From a virus, in IMG/VR virus record IMGVR_UViG_3300045988_142085, positions 160,001-224,000 of that record: a DNA stretch of 64,000 nucleotides; one strand, 5' to 3'. Below, in pieces: positions 34,601-42,814 of the stretch. Positions within the stretch are counted from its first letter, which is position 1. Each line of letters starts with the position of its first letter. Under the pieces are notes generated by a model. That model did no database searches, had not been told where the DNA came from, and saw nothing but the letters and a program-made list of their open reading frames with translations. A program made the translations under genes and the position numbers.

Positions 34601-35030
34601 CTTCTGCTTTTCTTAAATCGGCATATAAAGTATCACCATCGACAAAACCAGCATGTAAATCTTCATCTGTAATTCTAAAAGCAGATGGAGGAAGGCTGAC
34701 CATAGCCAGCCCTCTCAATCTATCAATACCAGTGTTTTCTAATGGAGGATTTTCTTTATAGAACAAAGCCTGTTCTTTTGAATCGCCCATCTTTTTAGCG
34801 AGCTCTTCATAAATTCTCATGTCGACTGCGCCTTCTTCAAAGTCGGCTAATTCCGGAAGGCTCATCTGAGTATCTCGAACCATTTGGTCAAGCTCTTCTT
34901 TTGATCCTTCAGTCGGATTATTAGGAATATCTTCCTTTTTTGTCTCGACTTGATCGGAAGCCTTCTTGCCGACTTTTTGACCTAAGTGTTGAGTCGCATA
35001 GTTAACACCTGGCTTTTTATCTTCCGCCAT
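25659..35030 (-). CDS. giant protein (3123 aa), best tape-measure candidate
   Basis: ATG at 35028..35030 with AGGAG 7 nt upstream. The C-terminal ~900 aa combine Gly-rich segments (GAIGSRGGSVGAGAGSLIGGAIGTGIELGL), hydrophobic membrane-like helices (STLMRIAIYALGVYNLQRAYIVRAII; GNVLMVAAAYTLGRW) and long K/E/A coiled coils, which is tape-measure-like composition. It lies between the chaperone candidates and the spike gene. Function is inferred. Confidence 0.5.
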   Translation of the reverse strand: MAEDKKPGVNYATQHLGQKVGKKASDQVETKKEDIPNNPTEGSKEELDQMVRDTQMSLPELADFEEGAVDMRIYEELAKKMGDSKEQALFYKENPPLENTGIDRLRGLAMVSLPPSAFRITDEDLHAGFVDGDTLYADLRKAEVKDPELLEYLCVGQQNMRAWLAGNKKATEDVLDANKVKDENRSLDYDMGFRFLFYDAPEVHHWSIVYATDVKQVTYGEAVQNYQAFLTKAYDSSSNKNGSKWERYKDSDTVTIAQIGEFDNKWIQVNDYLTEKRFGGSSTLLNGRKPVFGLMADGTNYGTLEVAYAAANDVVNMVKNAQEVRAVIDINGSSKQDQTTAYPKNMISFPGNGLLANYFNTFNKFFTGQDPTVFQETGINAYGLEHYRRNLAVIFVKDKDGQWINLNKYIIARHRNTSILKYSDFTNPHLKPWAYQYDTKAWTDAVWNATSQYDNRHDIQNKAFGWNNITKGLNSISDWTCTIGDVTLFVPPISINTVTQAYTNSVPLLRAKGSANIENAKPERFLQLELYFNEDRGINGQPVEWYTNLSDKKKKVVYHMNGFRALLSEFHFAPYMPIENKYINEVLDIDAICFESMSVATVPNYPKLLKVTLLLKEFDYQVFMPQVPKQRDLQDGVVDIYRNFFAKTINYDLLRWYIQRPLQLGQDLHDRKMNISSKDFMKKTLFANRSAYMPVDTLNPRINIYMPDEGKLVKMEKVRQTFTHSNNKAPNYYRPSEKDKELFAIANQYYKTIHSDQINNILKKYKFNYSDKASVMSTAGREIVDYLQKLNIPSDYSILEKHIDVAKAAKDYALSIAGGGQAKPQYSFDEDPDNDYLKIKIIPSVDYNSRDESLLLRQQFVSTLTGGGNQNMSDNIQNTDQSGMFLETSYYDMVFADNAFNFRIVLKQNNGQCTLEYSPYDGDSKFLEYCASQFAAVQNADGSVQMSGNQETYENYEDSEFERIGSIQYVTYLEDVLVQGLTANFSNTYANMTLNTYHGQAPQFMGGQDATLTFSVMTYDKETVDRFDKIPKIISYFKKKYPNALPSYPFRIDSEFTRLLGIFEVIVEQVSISTVVNYPGLFQINVTLRQTDRTIRNRFAIYKQFEQSNFASKEATAQRAAQAALGYFEIDQNLSKAELYPDLELPTIKELGELGFEFIRYKNPRDQVFVDPDFYFFYHEHLFSELLRDCILQDSKMLQMFAKPDEDGNPSGELKILSDLSEAAQYSMRHGMIAQNGGISEMTAKDWQLTQEKLNQMKKEENEQRMKLFKSGIATGQWKVGKSIGVTFLEPYYAWLYHNLNTEDGQKEADKAKEKVEEAAPVVKNDIQKNAEFDVVGDDVKEGAEKKVNEVKKEGGENALKSVIVDSINTFQWEADKALKFLSETSIEDEGSEEALIQYFKNIIVETKSVDTTLTSKWNADINDWLNKFAWSALASGFSTDLEPEKAKSIIMYMGQALANGAQENGGQYGLWGQSVKLNGKSNSIFNDPNYNKDKDDSKDKKSDLEFNVKNFKPTRYTINGLTYVRHLDDTSDFYSYGSCTELGPYGIPCFTQKEFEENPMLQFLPIDYNKRRKKFLDKGFTFEASDRYYFLDPYYQTSDHDETIQYMKYCMHDMNYAKHAFLRNVLYWLCVLIKKNIYPNYMTDIMFQNAVSEASAYEFMKDMKLANDVQEKNVKTLKNFVKDNQDKFVKGKLFVATALSLMCKDSSLIKKIVTRDYNALNALTHKVITPNITTTAPLTNDEVSLRKLLYGLVLSGLVEKIEELGIDIATDNPIAQIQREFMQQLELEANAMTPKALARRIRDSYLNMVQTDVRGRMLRGFPTFQIMFIDEGASSGFWKMHDSFYSTNAVSSIQVVKSKNIAADTAIIQLNNLYQNILAEYEDDGQGDNFTTQLQYGVAGLENLYDSIFNPRTYVRNLSEKQALIPERNSIKLVAGARMHIRMGYSADAAKLPVMFNGTVTEIQGGDVVSIVGQGDGIELSNPIREDNFGDKIKNRGVKYLGESPYGLSFGGVSPRVLVSSFLTCQDQNYASQLFREKNWNILSRVFSNNPFGIYHYGDPYYRDIFVNGEPVQNIYEVTNDSSAHYYNFRKNTDITNLFNSDSLQFENGASEQGQQHWYRSLGSVIGIDPPEQGHQFISIKTQGRTVWDMLQFAASANPSYIGATDYFGFRSTVFMGLPNWYYAYKYIKNNKQLNVLEKRKPYSQFHMYWSDHDILSNQIQTNSNKVATVAKGMYQFEEVKKSTPDIYFDRDIYPEYQRSMVVDTWLHGRTQVHTSSENTFGIDSEIGSLDSYATVTGAFTSVVGGAIGSRGGSVGAGAGSLIGGAIGTGIELGLKNVASWAISNFAPDNYGGPEHNHAQTARLMTLSRLKKSVEQIYSGNLVVYGDPTVKPHDRISIFDEPNSMTGQARVREVVHTLSATTGFVTTITPDAIVDVLNDKTTQAVNMAITSTLMRIAIYALGVYNLQRAYIVRAIIDDGWGLFARAKGWAAAEYAEKVSNDLNRIKKRQNALESFYKKIKTREAGIKTALDAAKEAKDEAKIAELEAKLLAVETRLAKYDPIKSSLALSKYELQGREGISKVLNAWSEASSNFEKANLEISKKVFNLRMPEFTKLSNEADVFKVNKDNFVKKKIEELANVEDLDKFDRGGKANLESLYKQQAEEAFNKEYKKRIDKLKAYSKETQSLIKDVQSINNTKKGQETLAALKAKPEISKKIIDATSKDILMKSKAGALFNKIAGSTIGRYLSSALNFGSKIGGNVLMVAAAYTLGRWGDMISDFIQNYKTLSVTPLLKRGMPFIPAWAGNSGTIFMSPNWGKRGQVLDLMDSVFNHRFQDQEGYHPIAGSLSFILNASMGGGPADALQRYQLNADGNMYANNMGGDYEYLVNQNYVDGLLQRGSIRSVEQLLMRNNEENDKDKQEIKMRAEQFMHNIEDVQKDNTSILDPLVPVPGPEFDIFKQFKFFVVRHEKALNNEESKNTVEFSVNQGGKPVKVIGIKGKDGDGNEIVDAPLLHPFALNTLRKIIFQAEQMLSYKTTTDQNTYINKVSNDYITLTSCYLFGTKKIFPGSGFGFTLIAHGESKDNLKVIMDTLKEKDELTYQVYDNDDGKVYQVNVNIPKLGA

Positions 35031-35044
35031 AGAATCTCCTTTAT

Positions 35045-38000
35045 TTATAATACACTATCTAAATAATTGCTAATATCGTTAGCATTCATATCTTCATATT
35101 TAGATGTAACTCTTGTCGTAACAGTTGCGCTACCGCCAGAACCTACAATATTTGGCATAGCATTTAACGCAGCAACTGCAGCTTGTGGATCTTGACTTGT
35201 CGAAGTTGCTACATTGATTATATAACCACCATTAGCAGCACCTTGTTGAGGTTGAACTAAACGAACTGACGTATTAGAATTATTAATTTGCTGAGCTGAT
35301 GTATTGTCGACATCTGGAATCGGAGAAGCCGATCCATAACCAGCAACAAGAATCGAAGAACCTAAAGCAGCCATTGCTCCTAAAACAGATTTACTTCGTG
35401 CCTTACGAACAATATCCATAGCTTTAACTTCGCCACTTCTTAATTTTGCCATACGTTCAGCAACACCAGAACCAATTAAAGACTCATTCATCTTAACAGC
35501 TTGAATTTGCTCTTCAGGATTGTTTACGATAGGGGCCATATTATTTAAAGCAGAATTATTAATAATCGCTTCTTGAGAAGCGCTATGCATATCGTTTGTA
35601 CTTCTAAACATAGAATGCCTATCACCGGTAATGCTTACACCGAGATCTAGTTGAGCTAATGTAGATCTAAGATTTAATTTGTTTTTCTCCATATAAGAAG
35701 CAATTGCTTCGGTCATATTAGATGTCTGCTGCTTAAATTGTTGTCGAACATATTCGTCGGCAGCACCTTGAATTTCTTCAGCGCTTTTACCTTGTAATCC
35801 ACTGTTCGCAATAAAATCAGAGTTATTAGCAACCGCATCGACCATAGTCGATAAAGATTCTTGTTTCCGCTTCATTTCAGACCATATAGCTTTATTATAT
35901 GTATCGTCTGTAATAAGGTTACCAATATTACGAATATCTTCAGCTGTCTGGGCATGTTTTGTCAAATCGGTAAACACATCGGCAAACTGATTCATTACGT
36001 CGGCAGTAGCACTGCCAGCATTCTTTGCCGACAAACGAGCTTCTTGAACACCGATAGCTACAGTAGAAGCCGTATGCCCTAACTTTATTCCGCCAGAATA
36101 TTGAGTCATAAACTCTTCATTGAATCCGACATCGTTAGCTAATTTTTGTAAATTCTTTAACGGGTTATATGTTTGACCAGCATAGCTTGAAGCTTTATGA
36201 GTTTTTGCAAGAGTATTACTATCTGCACCTTCTATTGTAACATCACTTACTGTTTTTGTCGATGGATCGTAACTTCTTCTTGCTGTTTCTTGGAATGTTA
36301 CGGCACTATTATCCATAGCAGATGTAAGTAATAAACTGTCGTCGGTCATACCAGAATTAGTAATAATGTCTTCATTCATCTTAATTAGCTTAATTTGGTC
36401 ACCGTCATAGTCGAGGCCTTTACCTTTAGCCATAAGCTGATTAGTTCTTACTTCATTCTCGGCAAGACCTTTATTTAAATAAATTTTACCGAAATCTACA
36501 GATGTAGGATAGTCGAATGGATAACGTCCGACGCCCATCATCATACCTTCAGTTTCAAGTTGCTTAATTTTAGCAGCTCGACCTGCAGCATCTAGTCCGT
36601 CAAATACACCTAGCTTTTCAAAGACATCGATAGAGGCTTCACCAAAGCTTGTACTTAAACCGGCCTTTTGGGCTTCTTTAATCGTCATTCCGCCAGCAAA
36701 TTTTCGAGACGAAATAAAGTTTTCATCGAAATCGAATACGTTCGTAGCAGCTGCTTGAATACTTTCACCAAGATAAGCAGAACTTGTCGATTCTAATATA
36801 TGACCCTTGCCTCTTAAGTTTTTAGTAACATTATCACGTAAACTATTGTAGGCTTGATCCATATTATCTTTTAACTTAGCAGCTTCTTCGGTATATTGAA
36901 CGCCGTCTTGAATTTCCATTTCGCCAAGTTTTTGTGCCGAATCAAAGAACGATTTAATTTGTGCTTTCGTTTCTGGACTGTGAGCACTTTGCGGAATATA
37001 CATTTCATATTTTCTGCCGCCGATTGTATCGCTAAATTTACCTGATTTATATTCACCAGTTTTCCTATAGTGATTAATCATTTCATCGATAGTAAGAGGA
37101 GAGTCTATATCGTTAAGGGCTTTTCTAAATACTTCTCTTTCTTTATCAGTGCCTTTAGTGCCAGCAATAATATCGGCGAAATCTCGAGTATCGTCTGCCA
37201 TACGACCACCTTTATTATTTCGGTAATCGGCAGCATGATGAGATAAACGTTCGGCAAATTCTTCGACATAATCTTTAGTAGCTTTAATACCTTTTTCATC
37301 GAATAAATCGTATACGAATTTCTCCAATGACGTATCGGCAAAGTCGCCAGCCTGAGCAAGTTTTTGACGAGATTTTCTAGCAGCACGAGAATAACGAGTT
37401 CCGTTCATCGCAGCATCGGATAATTTTTCACCGTAATTAATTTCACCGGTTATATTATCATATACACCAGTTGCAGCTAAAGACTCTTGCAACGTACCAG
37501 TCGGATCTATAACTTTTAATAATTCTTTAGCTGTTTTCGCACCGACTTTTAATTCTCTTACTTTCATTAATTCATTCTGATTGAATACGGCATGTTGTAG
37601 CTCACCGATGTAATCTTTTGAATAAGCCGTAACTTGTTGAGCCGTTACTTTACCAGAAACACCCATAGTTAATTTATCAACGTCACTAAGTTTTTGTACG
37701 AGTTTTTCATCCTGATCTTTAAGCATAATTTTAAAGATGTCGCCAAAATTCTTGCCGTCTTTTATTTCATATACGCCTTCGGTAAACATAACTCTATTTA
37801 ATTTCTCATCGAAATAAATAGCGCCTTTGTTAAATAATTCTATTGAACCAGACTCGTTTAAATTGTCGACGGCTTTTCTCATAAATGCACGTTTAACGTC
37901 CATAGGTTCATCGGCAATATTATCTAACCATTGTTGTGTTAAACCTGCGATATCTTTACGTTTAACCATCTCTTGTTCACCTTGAATAATATCGATCGGT

Positions 38001-41000
38001 GATCCATGGTTAACCGTTTTAGCTAATGCATTAGCGATAACATTACGTTCTGTATTAATACGTTTTTTAATTGCGGCGTAAGCCTGTTCTTTAGATGCAT
38101 CTTGAGTTAAGCCGACTTCTAAGAGTAAACTCTTACGCATTTTTCTCAAATTCTGAGTTAGCCGATTTTTATCGCCAGAATAATAATGATAAGCAATTTC
38201 GTTAAGATCGCCAGATAAGAATTTAGTAATACCTTCTGTATTAAATTTTAATCCGACCATATTGCCAAAACCTGTATCATTTAAAATTTTAGCAATATTT
38301 TTATCGACTTCACCTAAACCGAAACCTAACACCGATGTTGTTTGTTTAGCGTTCCCAACAAACAATTTACGAGCCACATCTCTAAAGTTATGCAATACCA
38401 TTCTAGTATCGATACCTTTAGATTTAAGTGCATCAATCATTCCTTTAATATCATCAGGTTTGTTTTTAACACTTAATTCTTGTAGCATCTTTGATATTTT
38501 AGATTCAGAAACAATATTATTATCGGCATCGACAAAATGAATTCGACCAAATAAATTACTTTTAGCAGTTTTAGATGTTGCACCAGAAAATTCAGTATCC
38601 ATCGAAGTCTCGACAATATCTTGACCTCTTAAGAATACCGCATCAGAAACTTCTTTTAATTCGAATTTACCGTCGGCATTTATTTTAATCGGAACATGAC
38701 GTTCGATAAATTCTTTACTGATATCTTTATTACCGGCTAAGTTAATAGCTTCACCGCCATGTAATCCATAGGTCGATTGACTTAATGCATCGGCAAGTTC
38801 TGGAGAAATCTTAGCAGAACCTTCGATATTAGATTTTAAAGCTCGAGAATACTCGCCATACAATTTATCGACTTCGTTGGAACTTAAAGTACGATGATAT
38901 TCGTTTTCTATACTCGTTACAATTTCGTTGAAAGACTTGTCGATAATTTCTTGACCTTCTTTATCGTGCTGTAACAACATAGTATTCGTATTGAGCACGG
39001 CTCTATTTGTATCGGCTTTAACCGAGCCTATCCAGGATTTATCGGTATAATAACGAGCAGGATCATCGCCATGATCGAGAGCTACTTGTTCGACACCTTC
39101 TCGTAATAACGTTCTGGATTGACCAGCAGATTGTTGATAACTACGTTCATTACCAGGGCTAATAGCAGAAGCATTAGTCGCCGTATCATATCGTTTAGCG
39201 CCTTTAAGCACTTTAGCGTTATGATTTGTTTCACTCTTCGTAATATTTTGTTCTTCGTATTTTATATCAGATAGAATAGCATATTCATTACCAGAATATC
39301 GAGTACTTGTTTTTAATGTACCATCATCGTTATAAATAATTCTGCCTTCACTATCATATTTAAAATCGTAAGTATCAATACCGACAAAATTCTTTTCGAT
39401 AAATTGTTCATCATGAAGTACTGCATCTAGTCCTTTAGAAGAATCTTTAGGATTAAGTAATGCATTAATCGCATTCTGCGATTTACTAGACGGAGTATAA
39501 TCTTTAAATAAATCTCCGCTTTTGCCATCCCATGCTGGATTAATTGTCTTAAAGAAATTAATTACGTCGTCTCGACCAGCGCCTTGTTCGACAACACCCA
39601 TCTTAACGAAATGATCGACAGTTAATACATTAGTATTAAATAATTCAGGAAGAGATCGTATAATATCTCTTTTATGGTCGGTAAGATTTTTTAGCGCGAT
39701 ATTTGAATCAGAGGTTCTTAATATTTCTGGTTTATCTAAATCGAAACCTTTATCACCAGGAGATAAACCTATTTTATTAGGGTTTGCTTGAGCATTTTTA
39801 AGAACGTTAGTTAATACTTCACCGATACTAGCATTTTTATCGGTCTTTAACCATCCTTTAACAGACGGAAGTATATGATCGAAGTTAGATAGTTCTCTCG
39901 CCACATATTGTAATGCTGGCTTAACTTTTGCCTCGCCGCCATCCATATGAATAGACCTAACAGCTCGTTGGGTGAAGCTCATATCGACAGCGCTGTTGCC
40001 ATGTTGGAAAGCAAAGTTGCCGCCATTAGTGTATACTACTCGAGATAAATATTTACTAATATCGTAGAATTTATTGCCTTCGACAATCGCGACGGTATTT
40101 CCTCGAATCGATAAGTTAGCATTGTTACCAAGACTAGCTACAATTTGATTGGCAATACTTGTCATTTGTTTATCGATCGTATTAAAACGAGCCGATAATA
40201 CTTTGTCTGGTTGAAGACCTTTATAGCGATCGATAAACATGTCTTCAGTAAGACCATTCATTAAATAGCCTTTTAATCGTTGGCTTGCATCGACTGGACT
40301 TTTGCTTAAACCGTCTGCAGCAGATTTAGCTACCGATCTTAATATAGTCTTCTGTGCATCAGAAGTAATAATTGCCTTACCCGGGGTTAAATCATAGCTT
40401 CTAAAAGCCTCATCGTGAGGATTACGTTGTTGGTATGTTTGTAACTCTCTGATAAAGAACTCAGACATATCTCTAAACGATATATCGTCTTGAGCTTTTA
40501 AATCGTTAAAACGTTTAGTAATGTTAGATAAAGCGCCACCACGCTTTTCGAGCTTATTCGCAAAATAATTAAACCGATCAATTAATTGTGTCGGCGTAAT
40601 CGTTCTATTGGTACCATACGTTCTAAGTTTTTTCTCGAGTGTAGCAGCAGCCATATTAAAATCTTTTTCTTTTAGGCTTAAACTGAATTCTACGCCACTA
40701 AGATTTTGAGGGCCAGCAAGTCCGGCCAAGAATTTATCATCAATTCTAAAACGAGAATCATAAGATACTTCGCTATTACGAATCATACGAGTGTATTCAT
40801 TCATAACAGATTGCATTACGTAGTCAGATGCAATCTTATCATGTTCTAATCCACTTGCCGCAATTTCTCTTGCTGCTGTCGAGATCAAGAAATGATTATC
40901 TTTAGAATTAATATTATTTAAAATTTCTTTAACGGCACCGAATGAAGGGATATATCCTTTTTCAGGATTATATCGCTCTTTCATGCCGGCTGCTATTTTT

Positions 41001-42802
41001 TCGATTGAACGAGCAAATGCTCCTTTATCGATACCGCCAAGATCTTCGACAGTATAACCCGACATTGCTTCAGCAACAGATTTACCTAACTCAATATGAT
41101 CTTGAAGAATTGTTGCTGCAGCCAACTGCTGTTTCTTAGTAGAGAATGTACTAACAATAGGATCGATAACAAAATTTTCTCGACTATAAGTCGCCGACTG
41201 AATTTTGTCGATAACGTTACCACGAGATTGTCGTTGATAAGAACGTACTAATAAATTATTAAAAGTATCTTCTGCCGTATTTGCCATACCAATACCTAAA
41301 GAGTTCGTCGCAATTTTCATGCCAGGCATATTATATTGCATACCGTCTTTAGTACGTTGAGCAATCGGTACAAAAGATTCCATAAATTGATTTTCTAAAT
41401 TTTCTTTTGTTCCGACAATATATCGTAATGCACCGTCTTGACCTGTTAGCTCAACCATGTGTAAATCATGGCTACCATTAATACCAAGTTGGCCAGCATT
41501 CTCTGCTATATAACGACCAAGATTAAGATCGTTATGATCGAGTTTCATTACTTTGCTTACTTCGTAAACAGCATTCGTTTTAAAAGTAGAACCTCGATAT
41601 GCCGTATAATTTTTGCCGTCGACATGACGCATATTATATTCTGGGAAAATATATTCTCCGCCATTACGTTCAAACGTTAATAAACCAGAGTTTCTTCCCC
41701 ATACAGAATTAATATTGCTTACAAATGTACCGGCTTTAATTTCTTGCATATTCGATTTATTATCGGCAATTACTTTAGCAGCCGATTCTAAATAAGATCG
41801 GAAGTATTCATTGTTATATAATTGCTCCAATACAGAAATATCGGCGCCAGCATCATGGGCCTTAGACACATCGATACCGAGCATACGAGCAAAATCTTCT
41901 TGTCGCAAACTAGAGCCCTTAATATAATAGGCTCCGAGTCGACCAGCTTTAGTTTGTTTGGCTCCGCGCAATATAGAGTCTTTATATGCTCGAGACATTG
42001 CTTCAGGATCTAAAGTAATCGCTGTTTTAATCGTTTTAAAAATATCGAAATGATTTTTAGTTGCTATTTTATTAACTGCTCTTGTCCCTAATGTTCTAGT
42101 AATATCGGGAGACTCACGTAAAGCAGTCGATACTTTATTAACGTCGAAGAACTGACTATTAAAACCAATTACTTGTGTGCCAGAAGAAATGTGCTGATCT
42201 ATTTCTCTAGCTATATTATTTAAACCGTCTTGATGATTGTTAGATAAATAATCGATACCAAGACCAATTAATTTGGTTTTATCGTCGGCATCGTTTAATG
42301 CTTCGAGTGCGCCACCGGAACTCATGTTGTTAGCATTTTTACCGATACGAGCTAATGTATCGTAAGCAACTTTTTCTTCTCGAGTTGCTGTATCATAATT
42401 GAATGTACCGTTATCAAATTTTAATCGCAACAAAGATGCTTGATCTTTTGTTAAGCCATTCATAACGACACGAGTGCCGTTCTCATCTTTTGCAGCATAT
42501 TGCCAAATAATATCTGGCGTTCTTACTGCTCTATCTTGACCGTCGACATTTACGAGTACAGACGGAATTGTTTCAATATCGAAAAAATAAGATTTCGCGT
42601 CCGAAGGCGGCAATACCTTAGCTTTATTATTTAAGGATAAAGCGGAGTCAGACGCTGACTCAATCGCCAGCGTCATATCCTTTCTTCTATTTAAATTAGC
42701 TTTTTCTAATAATTCAATAAGATGACTAGGTGCACCAAACGATTCTTTATTAAAAGCATCGTATGTCGGTCTCCTAGTTATATAAGTAAAATCTTGATCC
42801 AT
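35045..42802 (-). CDS. giant protein (2585 aa) with a DYDGDQ motif; candidate virion-associated enzyme (RNAP-like?)
   Basis: ATG at 42800..42802 with AAGGA upstream. Residues 2131-2135 are DYDGD (nt 36398..36412), followed by Q and preceded by ...GRYPFDYPTSVDFGKIYLNKG...LMAKGKG, reminiscent of the R-x-P ... NADFDGDQ double-psi beta-barrel context of two-barrel RNA polymerases. The C-terminal end has a hydrophobic/Gly segment. Function is speculative. Confidence 0.45.
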   Translation of the reverse strand: MDQDFTYITRRPTYDAFNKESFGAPSHLIELLEKANLNRRKDMTLAIESASDSALSLNNKAKVLPPSDAKSYFFDIETIPSVLVNVDGQDRAVRTPDIIWQYAAKDENGTRVVMNGLTKDQASLLRLKFDNGTFNYDTATREEKVAYDTLARIGKNANNMSSGGALEALNDADDKTKLIGLGIDYLSNNHQDGLNNIAREIDQHISSGTQVIGFNSQFFDVNKVSTALRESPDITRTLGTRAVNKIATKNHFDIFKTIKTAITLDPEAMSRAYKDSILRGAKQTKAGRLGAYYIKGSSLRQEDFARMLGIDVSKAHDAGADISVLEQLYNNEYFRSYLESAAKVIADNKSNMQEIKAGTFVSNINSVWGRNSGLLTFERNGGEYIFPEYNMRHVDGKNYTAYRGSTFKTNAVYEVSKVMKLDHNDLNLGRYIAENAGQLGINGSHDLHMVELTGQDGALRYIVGTKENLENQFMESFVPIAQRTKDGMQYNMPGMKIATNSLGIGMANTAEDTFNNLLVRSYQRQSRGNVIDKIQSATYSRENFVIDPIVSTFSTKKQQLAAATILQDHIELGKSVAEAMSGYTVEDLGGIDKGAFARSIEKIAAGMKERYNPEKGYIPSFGAVKEILNNINSKDNHFLISTAAREIAASGLEHDKIASDYVMQSVMNEYTRMIRNSEVSYDSRFRIDDKFLAGLAGPQNLSGVEFSLSLKEKDFNMAAATLEKKLRTYGTNRTITPTQLIDRFNYFANKLEKRGGALSNITKRFNDLKAQDDISFRDMSEFFIRELQTYQQRNPHDEAFRSYDLTPGKAIITSDAQKTILRSVAKSAADGLSKSPVDASQRLKGYLMNGLTEDMFIDRYKGLQPDKVLSARFNTIDKQMTSIANQIVASLGNNANLSIRGNTVAIVEGNKFYDISKYLSRVVYTNGGNFAFQHGNSAVDMSFTQRAVRSIHMDGGEAKVKPALQYVARELSNFDHILPSVKGWLKTDKNASIGEVLTNVLKNAQANPNKIGLSPGDKGFDLDKPEILRTSDSNIALKNLTDHKRDIIRSLPELFNTNVLTVDHFVKMGVVEQGAGRDDVINFFKTINPAWDGKSGDLFKDYTPSSKSQNAINALLNPKDSSKGLDAVLHDEQFIEKNFVGIDTYDFKYDSEGRIIYNDDGTLKTSTRYSGNEYAILSDIKYEEQNITKSETNHNAKVLKGAKRYDTATNASAISPGNERSYQQSAGQSRTLLREGVEQVALDHGDDPARYYTDKSWIGSVKADTNRAVLNTNTMLLQHDKEGQEIIDKSFNEIVTSIENEYHRTLSSNEVDKLYGEYSRALKSNIEGSAKISPELADALSQSTYGLHGGEAINLAGNKDISKEFIERHVPIKINADGKFELKEVSDAVFLRGQDIVETSMDTEFSGATSKTAKSNLFGRIHFVDADNNIVSESKISKMLQELSVKNKPDDIKGMIDALKSKGIDTRMVLHNFRDVARKLFVGNAKQTTSVLGFGLGEVDKNIAKILNDTGFGNMVGLKFNTEGITKFLSGDLNEIAYHYYSGDKNRLTQNLRKMRKSLLLEVGLTQDASKEQAYAAIKKRINTERNVIANALAKTVNHGSPIDIIQGEQEMVKRKDIAGLTQQWLDNIADEPMDVKRAFMRKAVDNLNESGSIELFNKGAIYFDEKLNRVMFTEGVYEIKDGKNFGDIFKIMLKDQDEKLVQKLSDVDKLTMGVSGKVTAQQVTAYSKDYIGELQHAVFNQNELMKVRELKVGAKTAKELLKVIDPTGTLQESLAATGVYDNITGEINYGEKLSDAAMNGTRYSRAARKSRQKLAQAGDFADTSLEKFVYDLFDEKGIKATKDYVEEFAERLSHHAADYRNNKGGRMADDTRDFADIIAGTKGTDKEREVFRKALNDIDSPLTIDEMINHYRKTGEYKSGKFSDTIGGRKYEMYIPQSAHSPETKAQIKSFFDSAQKLGEMEIQDGVQYTEEAAKLKDNMDQAYNSLRDNVTKNLRGKGHILESTSSAYLGESIQAAATNVFDFDENFISSRKFAGGMTIKEAQKAGLSTSFGEASIDVFEKLGVFDGLDAAGRAAKIKQLETEGMMMGVGRYPFDYPTSVDFGKIYLNKGLAENEVRTNQLMAKGKGLDYDGDQIKLIKMNEDIITNSGMTDDSLLLTSAMDNSAVTFQETARRSYDPSTKTVSDVTIEGADSNTLAKTHKASSYAGQTYNPLKNLQKLANDVGFNEEFMTQYSGGIKLGHTASTVAIGVQEARLSAKNAGSATADVMNQFADVFTDLTKHAQTAEDIRNIGNLITDDTYNKAIWSEMKRKQESLSTMVDAVANNSDFIANSGLQGKSAEEIQGAADEYVRQQFKQQTSNMTEAIASYMEKNKLNLRSTLAQLDLGVSITGDRHSMFRSTNDMHSASQEAIINNSALNNMAPIVNNPEEQIQAVKMNESLIGSGVAERMAKLRSGEVKAMDIVRKARSKSVLGAMAALGSSILVAGYGSASPIPDVDNTSAQQINNSNTSVRLVQPQQGAANGGYIINVATSTSQDPQAAVAALNAMPNIVGSGGSATVTTRVTSKYEDMNANDISNYLDSVL

Positions 42803-42814
42803 TGTTTAATCCTT

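Noticed and set aside
36398-36412. Treating DYDGD as proof of an RNA polymerase
   Set aside because: A five-residue motif can occur by chance in about 8 kaa of giant proteins. It is kept as a hypothesis in the findings rather than a feature-level functional call.
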